From the human T2T-CHM13v2.0 reference genome, Homo sapiens, in NCBI RefSeq assembly GCF_009914755.1, contig NC_060929.1: 64,000 bases of DNA. The stretch is one strand, 5' to 3'. Below the pieces are notes generated by a model that saw only the letters and a program-made list of their open reading frames with translations, ran no database searches and was not told the origin of the DNA. Each line of letters starts with the position of its first letter. Position 1 is the stretch's first letter. Of the stretch, positions 1-13,772 are shown one piece after another. The translations under genes and the position numbers were made by a program.

Positions 1-1854
1 TGGAAGAGGGCCTAGATTGACTGCCCTTCTATGCCAGGAGAAGCAAGCTCCTTGAGGAAGCACATACCTCTTCCCGAGTATGTGGCCTCTTAAAGTGACA
101 AGGGTGCAAGAGTATGTATCTCTGCTAATAAAGACATCATTTACAATTGGACTTTGTGAAAGACAGAAGCGTATTTAAGTTCTTTCTGAATTTGGAACTA
201 CTTGGATCCTATCAAAAACAATTTTCTAATTGTCATTAAAATACTGGAAACCATGAAGAAGATCCACCTCCCAAAATATGCAATGCCATCTCTTTAGATT
301 TCCTGCTTTTGCTTTGGAAATAAACTCAGAATCTAATAGTCTTCCCCTTGGCCAAGATTCTAAAACCAACAGTGACCATAATCCTGTAAACACAGAAAGA
401 GATTCCTAACTCACTATATTCCTGGCCTTGAAACTTTGGTGTGGAAGGCACCACCAAATCAGGTCACTTGAGTCTAGGATCAACCACGCTACAGTGAAGT
501 CAACACTTGGTAGAAAACTGTGAAAGTGGGCTCTAGTATACCTCCTAGCAATGCCATTAGTTGTGACATAAGTCAATAAGTTCCTATAGAGTTTAGGATT
601 TGGGGAAAACAGGTAATACTTTTGTATTACACGAGGGAGGTGAATATACACTGAATAATAGCAGTGATGAGTTTCTTTTACACGGCAGGAATATTTTCTT
701 GGCTGTTGGATTTAGCATATCAACAAGGGAGGCTGGACATACCTTTTCTCAGAGTTTCATTAGCCTGCTAGAATATTTAGAGGTCTGGGCAAGGTAAACT
801 AACTCTCCCATGTTTGTGCTGAAGTAGAGGTACAGGTCCCACTCTGAGTATTGAATTATCTTTTCTCATGATGACATCAACATTGAAACTACAGAGAGCC
901 TCTTTTGTAGTCAACAGTATGGGACACTGGATTTTTATCTCCCTTTGGACAATGAGATTGTGGTTAGCATAACACTGGTAAATCTAACATTAATGCTCTG
1001 TCAAAAATTGTTTTATGAAGGCTAGAAAGAGGTTGGAGAGAAAGGAGGTGCATCCAGGAATAGATACAAAAACATTGAAAGAGAAACTGAAATCAATTCT
1101 GTAAACAGCAGAAGTCAAAGCATCGTAGTTGTCATTAAGCACCTACCATTATAATATTCAAACAATAAGATATTTCCTGAAATATCAGATCAATTCTTAA
1201 AGGAGAGCTGTTCCCAGTGGGGTTTACTTGTGGTCCTCTGTCCGACATCCATTAGACAGGGTCCCTGTCTTTAGTAGCATGGGTTCAAACAAATGATAAG
1301 AGAGGAAATAGATTCCATTCTCTCTGTTTACTTTATTACTATTGATTTATGAATTCCCTCTGATCTATTTCCTAACTGGGCAGATAATATACATTTAGTA
1401 CCAAAGGTAATTATCCAAAATGAATCTAGTTTGCAACTGGGTGATAAAAAAGAGAGAGGAGACTGATAGATTAAATACTTATCATTAAAAAGTATGGCTG
1501 ATTGTATTAATATAGATACAAGAGCTTTAATATTCTCACTTTACGGCTAGATATAATTTCCTAGACTAATTGTGAGTTCATGTGGACACTTGGGCATATT
1601 TTATTTCTACTCTATATTTTATAGCATCATTTTATAGTGCAAATAATAAAAGCATTATATGAAAAAATTATTTCAAAAGTTTTTTTTAAAAATCTACCAC
1701 TTGCAAAAAAAAATCATTTAGGGCATTTAAAAAAAAATCTTCATAAAGGGATAGAACATTTAGTTACCACAAATTACTATGGTTTTTAAAGCATCAAAGT
1801 TAGAGAAAAGAGCAAAGATTGTATCATTATACGAGTATAAATAAAACAACTTAA

Positions 1855-2207
1855 ATTTCTAGCAATAGTGAATGGATAAATAAATATAGTAAATCCACAC
1901 TGTGGGAGATGATGCAGCCTATTAACATGTTTATGAAGAAATTTTAATGCGTGGGAAAATGCTTATTAGGCTATGTGAAAAAAACAGGATATAAAACTGT
2001 GTGTGTGTAAACACATATACAGTATAACCACAAATACGAAGAAAATGTTCATATATATTTGTTATGTATAGAAAAATATGAAAGAAATATACAAAAATCT
2101 TTTTAGTGGTCAACTCTGGGTGATGGCTATTGGATGATTTGAACTCCTTAAATTCTATCCTGTTTTTCTCTAAATTTTCTAAATTAGCACATATTATTTT
2201 TATATCT
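1855..2207 (+). mobile_element. Old L1 (L1ME/L1M-like) 3' UTR relic
   Basis: 'gaatggataaataaa...atccacac...gatgcagcctattaa...gtgaaaaaaacaggatataaaactg...agtggtcaactctgggtgatgg...ttttctaaattttct'. Confidence 0.75.
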
Positions 2208-2469
2208 AAGCACGTATTAGAGAGACGGGCGAATGAACAACTTAGAATGAATGGAAGGTAGGACACATGTTGCGTTTGCCCCTGGCTCATAATGACCTGA
2301 GGGCCATCACATGCCAGGGACTCCTTTACTGATGCCTCTTTGGAACCTCTCCACTTACAGGCAGAGTAAGCTGTCTGCAGAATCCTACCAGATGTGTCCA
2401 AGCGTCATACACTCAGGGATCATCACACTTTTAAAAGACATACGTAGTTATAGAAATACCAAAGTACTG

Positions 2470-2705
2470 AGGAAAGAGTACAGTGGAACAGTTAAGAGGA
2501 TGAATTCTGGAGTCAGACGGTCTGGCCAGGTTCCTCCACTTGAGTAACTCTGGCAAATGCTTAATCTATGTCTCAGTCTCCTTACCTGTTGAATCAGGAC
2601 AGTCAAGTGCCTTCCCTATAGAGATGTTCAGGGATTCAATGGGCTAAATATTTGTAAAACACTTAGAAGACTACGTTATACAATAAGTACTTATCCATTA
2701 AATGA
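2470..2705 (+). mobile_element. MIR SINE
   Basis: 'cagttaagagg...tctggagtcagac...ggcaaatgcttaatct.tgtctcagtctcctt...tgtaaaacacttagaa'. Confidence 0.75.
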
Positions 2706-5700
2706 ATACATCTTTAAAATTCTGATAATATTGATCAGAATCAACTTACAAATAAAGAAATGGACATGGCCAAAATATTTATAAAACATTTGAGCATTTG
2801 TAAGTTGCTGAGGCAAGGGTGCAATTTCAGTTGAGCTTAAGTCGAGACTCAGGATTGTAGTGGTTTTAGATGGTTTTTTTATACTGCCAAAGATCTGTCC
2901 ATCCATACATTTTTATCTAGAATGATGTTGATGATGCTAAGGTTCAAGGGAATAATTACTATGTGCAGTACTATTTGTAGTGTTTTGTTCCCCACTCTAT
3001 ATTTAGATTCTAACAGAAGATGTGAAACTAAATAGATACTCAATAAAAGTTTACTGAATGAAAACACAAATGAATGACTTCACCACAGCTGCATCAAGTT
3101 GTCTAAATATGATTATATTTCCACAAAGGAGCCATTGTTAAATGAACTTTCCCTCTATTAAGAACTAGGATTGAAGTATCAAATTTCTTAGAATCTAAAA
3201 CTTTTTACTATTATAACTTAGAAACAATTAGATGGCAAGATTAAAAGGGGAAAAAGTATTTATTCCAAAAAAAAAAAAAAAAAGCACAGCTTAGGACTTG
3301 AATATCTTCAAGGATCCATTTCTTAGGAAATCTATAAAGATGCAGAAAGCTTTAGAAATGGAGATACCAAGACAGCAATGGCAGCACCAATAAACAGAAA
3401 TAGACGGTTCATCTCACTAGTTCTGTGGTTTTCTCCTACCCAGTAGAGCGTGACAAGAGAATGTTAAAGTAACTGAAATCAAGAACAATACTGGAAATAA
3501 GAACAGTCTACAATGGCAAATTTTTACTGTAATACATTTCGTTACTGAGTGAGGGAGGAAAACAACTGTTTTTAGATACTGTCCATTGTTTTCTATACAT
3601 TTCAAAGCTCCTCTTCACACATGTAACTTTCAAACTGACAGTGGTAACTTTCAGCATTTTGTGGAGATCTTGGCTCCAATGCAGCAAATAAGAAGTGAAA
3701 TGTCCCACGGTTGTAAAATCTTGATAAGTTATCCGTGTCACATTTTTCAAATGTGGAACTGCTCACACCACACAGATAATTATAGATGACCAGATTGTAA
3801 CTGTTTTATTGCTTCTTTTTCCCCATAAATTTTAATTTTGGAAAGTTAAGTGAAAAATGTGGTTTCAATTTCCTACAAATTGCACACAATTTGGTTTTAA
3901 CAAGAAAATAGAAAGAAAGGGTATGTTCTTTAAAGTGAATTATGAACTAGAGTTTGTTTTCGCTCGCTCAACACCGCAAAAATAATAAAGCACAAAATTT
4001 AGAAAAGATGCCTTACAAAATGGAAATCATGAACTATAGTAAGAAAGCAGAAAGTAATTTTTTTTTATCTAAACATGATTTAAGCAATCTAACAGGATAA
4101 TATAATTGAGCTAGTCTTTCTCCCTCTGGTGAAGCAAGCTAGAAGGAAAGGAAACCGGAGTAGAAGCCGACAATCTTAATACATGTATAACAGGAAATCT
4201 GTTAATAAGAAAAGGCTTTGTGTATCTCCATCTTACTCTCTCCACAACTGTCAGCAACAACAAAAGAACTATTAAAAGCAATCAATTTTGAAACCATTTA
4301 AACATATACCTAGAAACACAACAAAACACAAGAATTTATAAAGGAACTTTTAGTGGAAAGAAATTCTAGCCCTCTGATGGGTTCTGGCTATAATCTTAGA
4401 GTTAGACCAACATGCTTTCTTGATTCAAGGTAGTGGTCTGCTACAACTAGCATAACTAAAGGCAGGAACCCCATGAAGTGTCTCGACCACACCAAAACCA
4501 CCAGCTGGAAAGCAAATAAGGAAATCAATCAACCAGATATTTTTTCTCCTTTCTGCCAAAAACTTTGAGTGAATGCACTTTTCTTCATTAAATTGACCAC
4601 TGCTTTCACCTTTTTAGCAATGTAGACTGTTAGGCAAAATAAATTATTCATTATTCAGGCAAAAACTATTTCATCAAAGTTGTTGATCTTCATTGACCAA
4701 ATTCTCCATGGCCTATGTTACTAAATAGCACCACCATAGCTTTCTCAAATTTCTACTTCCAAAAATGTTTACTTTCAGACAGATTGTGACGACCACAAAA
4801 CTTACCTGCATGAGTATTCTATAAACAAAGTTGTTGTAGACCAAATGTTAACATGAGTCCCTGGTAAAATGTTGTAGCCCTAGATTTTTTTTTTCTGGCT
4901 AAAATATAGTATTTGCTAATTTTTTTTCTAACTAGGGTTTAAAGTTGCAAGTCTAGAGTGCTTCTGACTGTTAGAACATGAGGCTGGCTTATGAAGGTCC
5001 AGTTATAAGCTGGGACTTGGCAAACTTGAAGTATTACCCATTGACTAATACTTCTATTAGTCAAAACTGTAAACTTCTGGTCAACTACATATTTTACATA
5101 TTACTGCATGAAGCTCTAGCAGAAGTTCACCATCCTAAATAGCCTTTAAAGGCTTCACAATTAACAAGAGATGATTTACTCTCTTGAAATATAAAAGCTG
5201 ACTTTTCCCACCCAAAAGCCAATAAATCTTTGGTGTTGGTGAAAGGCCATTCTCTACCTGTAGCAATCAAGTTATGCAACCCTCAGGCAATGACTTTTCA
5301 TTGAACTCAGACCTGACTGACCACAGCATTCACAAACATCTCAGTCCCCAGTGCTCAACTGACAGTGCAGCCTGATCGCCACGATGTTGCAATAGAAGGA
5401 AAGAATTTCCTAGCAAAATGCTCCAAAGCTTCAATAACATAAGAATCCACACAAGGCCATCTTGAGAAGGAAGCAAGTGATATGGTTTACTCTTAAATCC
5501 AGGCTGGAGTATTCTTCATTCATTCATTTATTTATTCTGTCAATAACTTTTCCAAAAGAGCCTCCTCAACCTATGCCACTCACCAGCCTTGATTCCAAAT
5601 CTATGATATCAGATTGGATTTTTTTCTAGTTAGAAAAAGTATTAGCAAATACTACATTTTGACCAGATCAAAAACACCATCCTGACCTGACAAAGACCCC

Positions 5701-8534
5701 CAAATATTTGACTCATTGTAATAAGCACCTTATTTTGCTCTAAACAAAAGTATTTAGATGACAATGGATGAATATTGGAAACTCTACTCAATTCAATGCA
5801 AACAATTTTAATTGCAAGGAATTTTTCTTACTTAAAATTGAATTCAGTTGAGTGCTCAGGCTTTTCCATAGCATGATAAAGAAAATGAAAACACCCTAAG
5901 TAACCTCAAATCTCTCATGAGAGGTCGGGGAGATAAGGTATTAAGAGGACAGAGTGGGACAATGACAACAATGAGTTTGGGACATCATTTGTATAAGGTC
6001 CTGGACTATTGTAGAACATATTATGGCTGAGAAGTAAAATTAAAAGGGGGATAGATGATGATGGTGTAGAGTTTTTCTTATAATTTCTTATAAACTAATG
6101 TTTATTGTTTTGTTTTTTTTTCACATATAAAGACTGCCCATTGCCCAATTTTAAGAAGATGGAGCTCAGTAATTAGGAAAAAAGTAGAAAACACACATTT
6201 AAAGTAATCTTTCCTACCCTGAGCCCCCTGGCCATATCCCCTCCCCACTTCTCTAGTTCCCTGGACTCCCAGGTTAGGCTGTCTTCTCCCTAGCCATTTA
6301 CCCAGATTTCTACCAGAGCATTTTGTCACTTTGATTTGCATCATATGCCAGCACAGCCTGCCTCCTGTTCATCCTTGCTCTGCACCTGTCTCCTATTTTA
6401 TCTTAGTGCTTTGTACCACACTTTGCACATAGTTGACATTCAATAAAAGGCAGAGAATGAAATTCAAGAGACGAATAGACTTCTACTTTAGGAAGTTCAT
6501 TTTATTTTCAAGCTCCTAAATCTTTATTGGGATTAACTAGCTGAAGGCCTAAAAGTGGAAAGAAATACAGGGATTGGGAAGGCATTTTGAGATATTTGAT
6601 GGACTTGGAACTCCCACAGAATTTTAAAAAAGAAAACAAAGGCTGAGGCCTGCAAGGGCCTTGGTACAATGCCCTTGGAGGGAGAGGGGCTTCATGGAAA
6701 ATGGTTGCCATGATAGGATTTGGGGAGAACCTCTATGTTTGAGGGAGTTTGGGTCAGGACCTATCCGTGGAAGCAAAAACTAGTGCCCAAATATTCAAAA
6801 CATAGTTTGGTGAAAGATCACCTATGATTCTGAACGAAATAGTGTAGATAAAGACATCTGGAAGTTTTCCTATTGAAAAAAAGAAAGTGTGAAATCAGAT
6901 ACTTTTGTTTTTAAGGCTCTCTTTCTTAAATTTCCTAACTTGGCCAAAATGTCAATGGTACTTTAGCAGCTTAAAGAGCTCAGCAGCAAACCTTACTAAG
7001 TTCTGTAGTTGGCCCTGGCTGCTAACTTGCTGAATGTGTTGGGCTGTTGAGGTGAGTTCTACTGGAGTCTTGGTTGAGCCCCCCAGATTCCAGGCTCTCA
7101 TTCTGGCAGACTGTTTCCCTCTGGCCAAATCTCAACCACAGATCAACTTTCCCAGCCTCTGGAGATGAAGCGTTTTGGCTGCCTTCTGACCAAGTGTGAG
7201 AATTTTTTTTTTTTCTGTTTATGAGATAGACTATAGCGTGTTTCCCAGGGTAATCAGTCATCTTGACCTGTGATCACAGGAAAAGGCAGACAAAACTGGG
7301 AGAGTCTAGATCAATGGATTTGTTTTGTAAAATCACTGAACTCTGTTGGGACAAATTTGATTTTTTCTTTTGCCCCCTTTATTTTTTTAAATTGAGTAAC
7401 TTACTCATTCTTCAAAAATTACTTAGAATATTTTACTTGAATCCATTCCTGATTAAAAATAACCTCTTGAAGTATAAACGTAATGGTTTTTGAATTCCTT
7501 TTTTATTCCTTCATCAATCCACTTATCTGACAACCATTACAGGACTTTAACTCTCTGCCAGTCATTGTGCTTGTGGTGCCTAACATGCAAACTCTATCCT
7601 TGCAGCTGCCTTTTTTTTTAATTCCCCAGTAAACATTTAATAAAGAAATAGATGAATGAATGAAAGAATGAACAAATGAATTAACTAAATAATGAAGAGG
7701 GCAAATTCAAACTGGAGAGACAAGCAGAACAGTGTGAAATTCATGCATGTGCCACGGTTTGTGTGTGCCTATGGATTTAGGACATTCTACCACAGATTTA
7801 AAATGTGGACACGTGGGCACTAATTCCTGTAGCCTTGAAGTTGAGGCACTGGACATAAAAGACAAAGTTAGTGGAGCCTTTCTGTAAAATAACATGACTT
7901 CTCACCCTCATGCTGAAAAAAAAAAAAAAAAGAAAAAGAAAGTGGGCTCATTCCAAATACCCCATCACCCTTCACAGGCTGAGCCAGGAGCTTGCCTCCT
8001 TGTGGCTAAATTGGAACAATGCTTTGCTCAGTTTGGACCCAGATGTCAGTGTGGTGGTACAGATGGCAAGACCACACATCTGCTTACAAAATTTGAGAGG
8101 AGAAAAGGGCTTCAGTGGCATCCAGGGCTTCAAAAGGCATGCTACATGCATACATCCTAAAGGGAAGGCGGGCTCTCTGCTGGGTAACCCATAGTGATCA
8201 GTACAATACCACCCTGTTTCCCTTGTAGGCTTACCCCTGCACTCTCCTTCCTGCAAATGTTTATAGCCTCCCTTCTACTGCATCAAGTCAGACTTTAACT
8301 GTCTCTCATTACAAGAGTCACTGAGGAAAGTATGGAACAAACTGAAACTTGAGGAAATCAGACTTGTTAGACTATAATTTCTATGAGGGCAGGGATTATG
8401 CACATCTTTGCACATTATGTACGTGGTATCTCCGGTAACTAACATACTGAGGATGATTAATAAATATTTGTTGAATGAATAAATGGGGCACAGTGCAACA
8501 TTTCCATTACCTTTGTGCCTAAATACTGAAGATC

Positions 8535-8775
8535 ATGTTATACGCACAAGAGCCTGGACTCTGAAGCCAGTCTGCCAGTGTAAAAGTCCTGCCTTTGCCA
8601 CTTTCTAGTTGCATAACCTTCAGCAAATGCTGAACACCTCTTTGACTCAGTTTCTTCATTTGTAATACAGCGATAATAATACTACCTGTCTTGTAGTGTT
8701 TTTAAGATTAGATGTCTAAAAATATGTTGAGTGCTTAAAACTGTGTGGTAGAGTAAGTGCTTTGTGAGTGTTAGC
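8535..8775 (+). mobile_element. MIR SINE
   Basis: 'aagagcctggactctgaagccag...gccactttctagttgcataacctt...ctcagtttcttcatttgtaa...gataataatactacct'. Confidence 0.78.
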
Positions 8776-8944
8776 AGCAGTAGCTGTTTGTTATTTATTA
8801 ATAAGAATCGGGGGCTTTGTTCATTCAGCAAGCACTTTTTGAGCATCTTCTAGACAAGGCATAGTACGAGGCACTGGAAATACACTTGTAAACCAAATGG
8901 AAGTAAACTCTGAGATAATCACAGATTGAGAACCACTTAAAGTC

Positions 8945-9150
8945 TTTAATAACAGCTACCATTTTTTGAGTTCTTCATGTGCACCTTTTATCATGTGCCA
9001 AGTACTTTACTCGTATTATTTCAATTGTCACAACAAACTAGTGAAGAAGATATGCTTATTTATTTTCTCCATTATTGAGGTAAGAAAATAGAGGTTTAAA
9101 TGATAATGTAATCTCTCTATGGCCAGAGGGCAAGGTCTTGACTCTTGATC
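8945..9150 (-). mobile_element. MIR SINE
   Basis: 'aataacagctaccattttttgag...tgtgccaagtactttac...ttatttcaattgtcacaacaa...gaaaatagaggttta'. Confidence 0.68.
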
Positions 9151-10609
9151 CATTCATTTACTTAACATCTACTGGGTACTGCTGAATACAAAGCTCTGGG
9201 CTGATGAGAGAGGACTTATACACGTAAGAAAATCACAGTGACAGTCACAAGTTTGTATTTCAATAATCAGCCTGTCTCAAATTAAAAAGAAGCACACAAC
9301 AGAGAAGGATTACAATAGATTAGCTAGGATATGACATTTATCTTCCTGAATTTGAGACTACACTATGAAACAACCAGCAGAATGGCCAACAGTTGACTTT
9401 TGACAATCTGTTTGCCCACAAGGGAAAAACTAGTGTTTTAGGACAATTCAAATGCACCTGCCCTTTATAAAACATCAATGACTTTTTTAAAAAAACATAT
9501 GAGCTATTAGAAAAGTAATCTTAATATTCTTTTTAATTCAGGCACCAAGAAGCTAAGTAATCATTGTTGCAATTAATTGCTTTCATGTTGCTTGCCACTT
9601 TCTTTTCATTATGAGAAATTAAAAGACAGAAGCAAATTATACAATATATATTTATTCAAACTGAGATGACGTGACATCATTTACTGTATTTGTACTTCCC
9701 AAACATGGCGTGGTTATTCTTTTAAAACTAAAATTCCTCTAGCTCCAAACTGACTTAGCATACTCCCTGCAGTGATACACTTGATAATCATGACTCAAAA
9801 ATGTGGAGCTAGAAAAGGCTGAGATAATATGTTGTCACTCCCATATTTATCACCACATTTCCTGAATCATCCAGCTTCATAATGATGATTTCTTTTCATT
9901 CTTTGCACTGTTTGGCAACTACATGTTTTGTGAATACCTAAAACGCTTATAAATATTCTCTTCCCTTGGAACCAATAAATCTTGAAAATTAAAAGACAAA
10001 GTTAAAATGACTTGTGCACTTCACCAACGTCTCCATTAAATGTACCATACATCTCACAATTTCAATATTCACAGTTTAAGACTCAGTGACGACTTTCAAT
10101 CTTACTATGTGGATAAAGAAGGAGGGGTGTGCTTTGCAGTTTATTGAAAGCTATTTTGGGAGTTAGTCTTGATAGTTAGATGTCTTATTCTTTCTGCTTC
10201 TCCATCCTTCCCCCTCTATTCGCCTTTATTGTCACCAGGCATGAGCCTCTTGTTCCATGGACCTATTTTTTTAGAGTCAGAAAGGGAGAGACAGATATTA
10301 CAGAAACAACAGTTTCAAGGATCTGCTACAATGACATGAATCAATGTTTTTGAAATTTCAGGAAGCTTGATCTACTGAGAACATAGTCAGCTGGTACGGC
10401 TCATATTTCTAGATAATGATCACAGAGTGGCTGGGGGATGGGATAGGGAGAGTGAATCTTCTGGGCAAATGATAGCATAGCGTGAGCGCTGGGGAAAGTC
10501 CACAGATGCTTGGAAATAAAAATAAGTGTACCTGGGTGATGCTGTGAGGGCTTACAGTGCTATCCATTTGTATACTGTACAAATTCTAAGGTACACATGG
10601 CTGTCTAAA

Positions 10610-10830
10610 GAAGTCCTCTAGCTCCCCTCATTGCACTGTACCAGATCATCCTCCCTATTTCTTTCTTAACACTTTTGCCAATCTGATTATTATCTTCTCT
10701 GCCTCCTTGTGTATTGCCTGCCTTCTTTCACTGGAATACAGGTGTCTTGGGGGCAAGAACCTCACCTTTCTGGGTTACAGAACATAGAAAATGCCTGGAA
10801 CATAATAGCTATTCAAAATGTTTTAATTAA
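10610..10830 (+). mobile_element. L2 3' relic
   Basis: 'tattgcctgccttctttcactggaatacagg...ggggcaagaacc...aatgcctggaacataatagctattcaaaatg'. Confidence 0.65.
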
Positions 10831-13453
10831 ATTGGAATTTGAATATTATTGCACCCTCCCCTCCAAAAAAAAAATAATGTGACAACAAAATATTCATGTT
10901 TCCTCAATACTACTTGTAAGATCATCTTAAAGTCTGAAAAGAACCTAGAATTCTTCGGGAATGAAATACAGTCTGCCATTTTAAGGCCTCACTGTGATGA
11001 TAGTACATTGCCAAGTAGATTTGTCCTTTAAGACTTTAGAAATTCTAGGTGAATTAATAAATTCACGGTTATCACAAATCAGAAATTCATGACTTATGAA
11101 CTTGAATTTCAAAGTTTCAGGCCAAATTTATTTAAAGATTTTGCTCAGGAACCATCATAGTCCTGCTGAGTCCAAAAATTGTCTTAAAATGTAAAACAAT
11201 GCCCCATTAAAGCAAAAGCCAACATTTTCCATGGCCCAACGTGGCATAAGTGTATTGTTTTCAATTTAGTGACTTAACAAGAAATACAACAGCCAAGACA
11301 GGAATTCCTTCCAAACATGAGAACCCATTATATAAGATGAAGATCTGTTCGGCCCCTAAATGAACCACACAACATAGGAATTGTCATTAGCTACTATAAG
11401 GCAATGAAGAACTTATAAAACCAGAGCCAATGTGTTATTAAGACCAGGCATGGTGGCTTTAAGGCAATATAGATTTCTGAGCTATTTATTTATTTATTAT
11501 TATTATTGCAGGTCCCACTCTCCCAGCCGCAACTATTCCAACTCTGCAGGACCCATGTAACAAGGCGATAGTATCTAAGAAATAATGAGCGAAGGAATGC
11601 TGTTCTTTCTTTCAGAGCAATCTCAGGTGCGATCTTATACCGTAAAGGACTGGATCAATACTCCCAGCAGCAAGCCGCTCGATACCCCCTGAATTATTGC
11701 TTCATTTTTCTTCTTATTATAGATGAGTTGTGTTATTATTTTCCTCAAATCGATATTTTACAACCTTTTTTATCCGCTTCTCCATAAATTTTGTGATTAC
11801 TTTAAACTGGGAATTCCGGTACACTAAATAAGATGCAGTATCTGAAAGGGACAGAATGTACTGACATGTTTTTTGTTTTTGTTTTTGTTTTACTCTTTTA
11901 GACACAATGCCTTGTTTAAAGCACGTCATAATCAATAGCCAAAGAAAAGTTTAACATAACCCTGTGCTTGCAAAATAAAAGTGCAAATCCTTTAAAATAG
12001 CAACAGCCCAAACAGCACAAAGCTGAAAAACACAAAAAGAGGCAGGATTGATCAGCACTTTGCATCTGAAATTTCATTCCTAATGCTTTTTCTCCCCTCA
12101 GTTAAAGGGCCAATGCAATTCCCTTAAATTGTTTCTCACAAAGGAGATAACTCTATGCACCTTGGAGAGATTTAATTGGCTTCTATAGCTGTCTCCTGCT
12201 AAGTGTTTAAAACATCAGCAAATCAAATCATGTAAACTCATATCCTGTTCTGCTGTCGGTTTGCTCCAAGCTTGATTATTTCGATGTTAACATTAGCAGC
12301 GCCTACACTCAACGAAAGAGATCAGGAATATACTCTCTCCCCGAGTTCCGGGATGACTTGAGTTAATTCTATGCTTCCTATGAAATAATGTGTGTTATTT
12401 GGCAGAGAATGCTCAGTGGTAACTAAATAATCATTACAGTGCAGCCAGTGGTAATTACATGGTAATTCACATTAACTTCATAATAAGCACTGTATTTTTC
12501 ACTATATCCATCTGAGAATGAGGCAGAATCATAGTCTTTCATTTCTTTTTAATGCTACCCAAAATAAAAATAAAGTAAAATCATTTGAAGGGCAGGAGGA
12601 CAAGGAATATAATCCTGGTGAGTTAAGCTAGAGATTTCATTAAAGAAATACTTAAATCCATTAAGTCTAATTAGACATGACATCCCAGGATTCACAAACA
12701 GTGGTTCTAATAAACTCATTAAAAATTTTTGGTGATTTCTTTAGAAAATGGGAGAATATTATATTATAGGCTGTTTTATTACATTAAGGTTTTATAATTT
12801 TATACGGGCTCTTCTCTTTTTATGTAAAAGCCTATGGAACTTTATAAGAATAGTTCTACTTAAATCAATGAGTCTTAAACAACAATGTGCTTCTTGTAAC
12901 ATGTACTTAATAATGCAATAAACTATTCTAAGTAGTATAGAATAAAATGGGGAGTACTTTATTCTGGTTGGCTAAAAGATAGCAGGATATAGGGGCTCAA
13001 TTCCTTATAGCATTGCAGTGCACAATTTATACCTCAACCCCCATTTACATACATATTATTTAATTTGGGCAATTATGAAGTCCTGAAAGCACTTTTCTAT
13101 TACCACCTGGATCCTTAGAAGGATTCACACCATAAATGCATCATATATAAATGTATAAAGCAGCCTTCTTAGAAGAAAGCAGCGGGAACAACTTTAATTG
13201 AATACTTATATTAGAGATTAAATTAGGTCTGTTTTTAAATGAGCTACCCTTAATTAGCTGCAGTTGGAAAAGGGGAATAGATATGTTTTACTTTTTACTC
13301 TACTCATTACCTGTAGCATCAATGGACAACTGGCCCTTTTTGGCTTTTCACCAATAATTGAGTGCCTTTTTAGGAAGGCCTGGAAACAAAATCTTTTCTT
13401 TGAATCCTAACACAAGCCCCAAATAAGGTTTAGAACAGAAATCCCTTATATAA

Positions 13454-13772
<319 letters not shown>

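Noticed and set aside
1931-2401. 156-aa ORF, and other ORFs over 100 aa at 20026, 20535, 29022, 32476, 32627, 35223, 44222, 54162 and 59099
   Set aside because: No recognisable domain. Several overlap L1, L2 or MIR relics or low-complexity DNA, and their lengths are compatible with chance in 64 kb across six frames.
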